NCBI RefSeq assembly: GCF_027921745.1
Contig: NC_079239.1
Span: 2,232,001 to 2,296,000 of the forward strand
DNA length: 64,000 bases
Source of the DNA: Schizosaccharomyces osmophilus
Taxonomy: Eukaryota
Direction: 5' to 3'
Below are positions 62,691 to 64,000 of this stretch, one piece after another; position 1 is the first letter of the stretch; each line of letters starts with the position of its first letter. The notes beneath the pieces were generated by a model. The model worked only from the letters and a program-made list of their open reading frames with translations, searched no databases and had not been told where the DNA came from. Made by a program: the position numbers and the translations under genes.

Positions 62691-63364
62691 ATGAACCAAG
62701 ATTTATTTACAAACCCATTTGGAATTCCTCCGCCCTCTGATGATTCTTATGCATCTCTGCGAAGATTCACAAACGAATTTGAGGTCGGAATTCCCCAAGA
62801 TCAGTTTGATACATACAAAGATAAACTGGCCAACCTTCTTAAAGCACTTGCATCTAAATTTCAAGGAGATACTCCTTCACAAGATAATACGACTGAAATT
62901 CGAGAGATGCTTCAAGAGTTTAATGAAAAGTTTGGCAGCCTCGAACAAGAACAAAAGCGCCTCAGAGAAGAGATGATCCAAGCACAGAGTAGCCTCACAG
63001 AAAGACTAGAAAGCCAAGCCGATATTATCTCAAGAATTCAGCAAAATGATTCCAAGATAAACAGATTTGTTGCCGATGATACAAAATCATATCCATTTAT
63101 TGAAGGATTGGACCTTTGTCTGAGTTGTATGAACTAACGGTTTTTTTGACATTGATGACTTGTATCAAAACCGATTGACAACGTGTCTGGAGGGATATGG
63201 TGATGACCGTACGAGAAAAAGCTCCAGATATCTCTTAAAGGGAACTTTCTAATTATTTTGGATTTGTTACTGTCTAAGGTTACCGTTACGACTTTCAGAC
63301 ATCAATGAACCCCTTCCAAAATATAAGTAATGAAGATATACATCAAAGCGACGGGGAGTATTAG
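62691..63364 (+). pseudogene. Mug135/Tdk1 (DUF1773)-like coiled-coil gene, frameshifted in the C-terminal domain
   Basis: 148-aa ORF with a coiled coil ending YPFIEG; shifted frames continue as FFDIDDL...CLEGYG and ELSNYFGFVTV*GYRYDF, matching the recalled PF..G..DID.L...L.GY...G pattern. Confidence 0.6.
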
Positions 63365-63528
63365 GCCTCAACATGGTTGATAAATGTTTACGAAAAGTAT
63401 GAATCCTCACTTGCTTTGTATAATGAAGTGTGCCAAATACTTAATGAACTCTGCATTTTATTAGTGAATCCAGCAATCAATATATAATCTTTTGTATTTT
63501 TCGCGTTTTTGAATCACTTACAAGTAAT

Positions 63529-63625
63529 GCCTGGCTATCACAACGCCTGCTGCCGTTTGATTGATGCAGTCAAGCGTCTGAGGGTCTCTCGTTCCTCATA
63601 TGTATTAAGCGAGGCGCTGTAAGAT
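63529..63625 (+). pseudogene. Heavily decayed 5S rDNA relic
   Basis: TGCAGTCAAGCGTCTGAGGG core (63565-63584) and GCTGTA 3' remnant match 5S. Confidence 0.7.
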
Positions 63626-64000
63626 CTCCAATTCTTTTCTAGTTTTGTTTACCACTGTACCCACTGAGCAGGCTTTACCAATGGAAGCAATCCCTACGCA
63701 GCAATCCTTGTACCACCAATCAATACAGTGAAGCTGCCAGGATAGAAAGAAACGAGTAAACAGATAGAAATGTAAGAAAAAAAGATGACAAGTCTAGCAG
63801 CCTTTTTTAAAAAAAGTGCGAAAAGATAGAGCAGATGCGAAATAAACATAAAAAAACTATGGCGACTTTCAGAGAGGTAAAGATAACAATATAAAAATCA
63901 AGGAGCCGGAAAAATCAGGTGTTTTCCAAGTCTTTGGTAGTTTCAACCTTCTGTAAGTGACTAGGCTGTGCTGCCTTGTATATTGTTCAAATCATTCAAA

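Overview
This is a fission-yeast (Schizosaccharomyces) chromosomal window. The species is inferred to be from the S. octosporus/osmophilus/cryophilus clade rather than S. pombe, because the proteins are clearly diverged orthologues and the wtf gene is linked to 5S rDNA. Bases 1-45 kb are intron-containing housekeeping genes (wis2, ELOF1, UPRT, rvb1, rrp12, rpl3, pkp1, med11, utr4, bcs1, tRNA-Lys, mae1, npc2, cdc5, rad51, rpp1, rna15, mrpl9, bet3, gpi12, ofd2, rpl22, Iml2-like) and include a disabled M-factor pheromone gene. Bases 46-64 kb form an accessory, selfish-element island. It holds an orphan multi-pass membrane gene, a WW/Gly-rich gene, mal1, three solo or degenerate LTRs, and a very young full-length 5.1-kb Ty3/gypsy element (identical LTRs, TTATC TSD, self-priming PBS, gag and pol in one frame separated by UGA-CUA). 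It ends with three co-oriented 5S rDNA copies. These bracket first an intact 5-exon wtf poison-antidote gene, then a frameshifted gene that looks like a Mug135/Tdk1 (DUF1773) family member, so two unrelated spore-killer families may share one 5S-flanked array. All calls were made by eye from sequence and recalled homology; no database searches were run.
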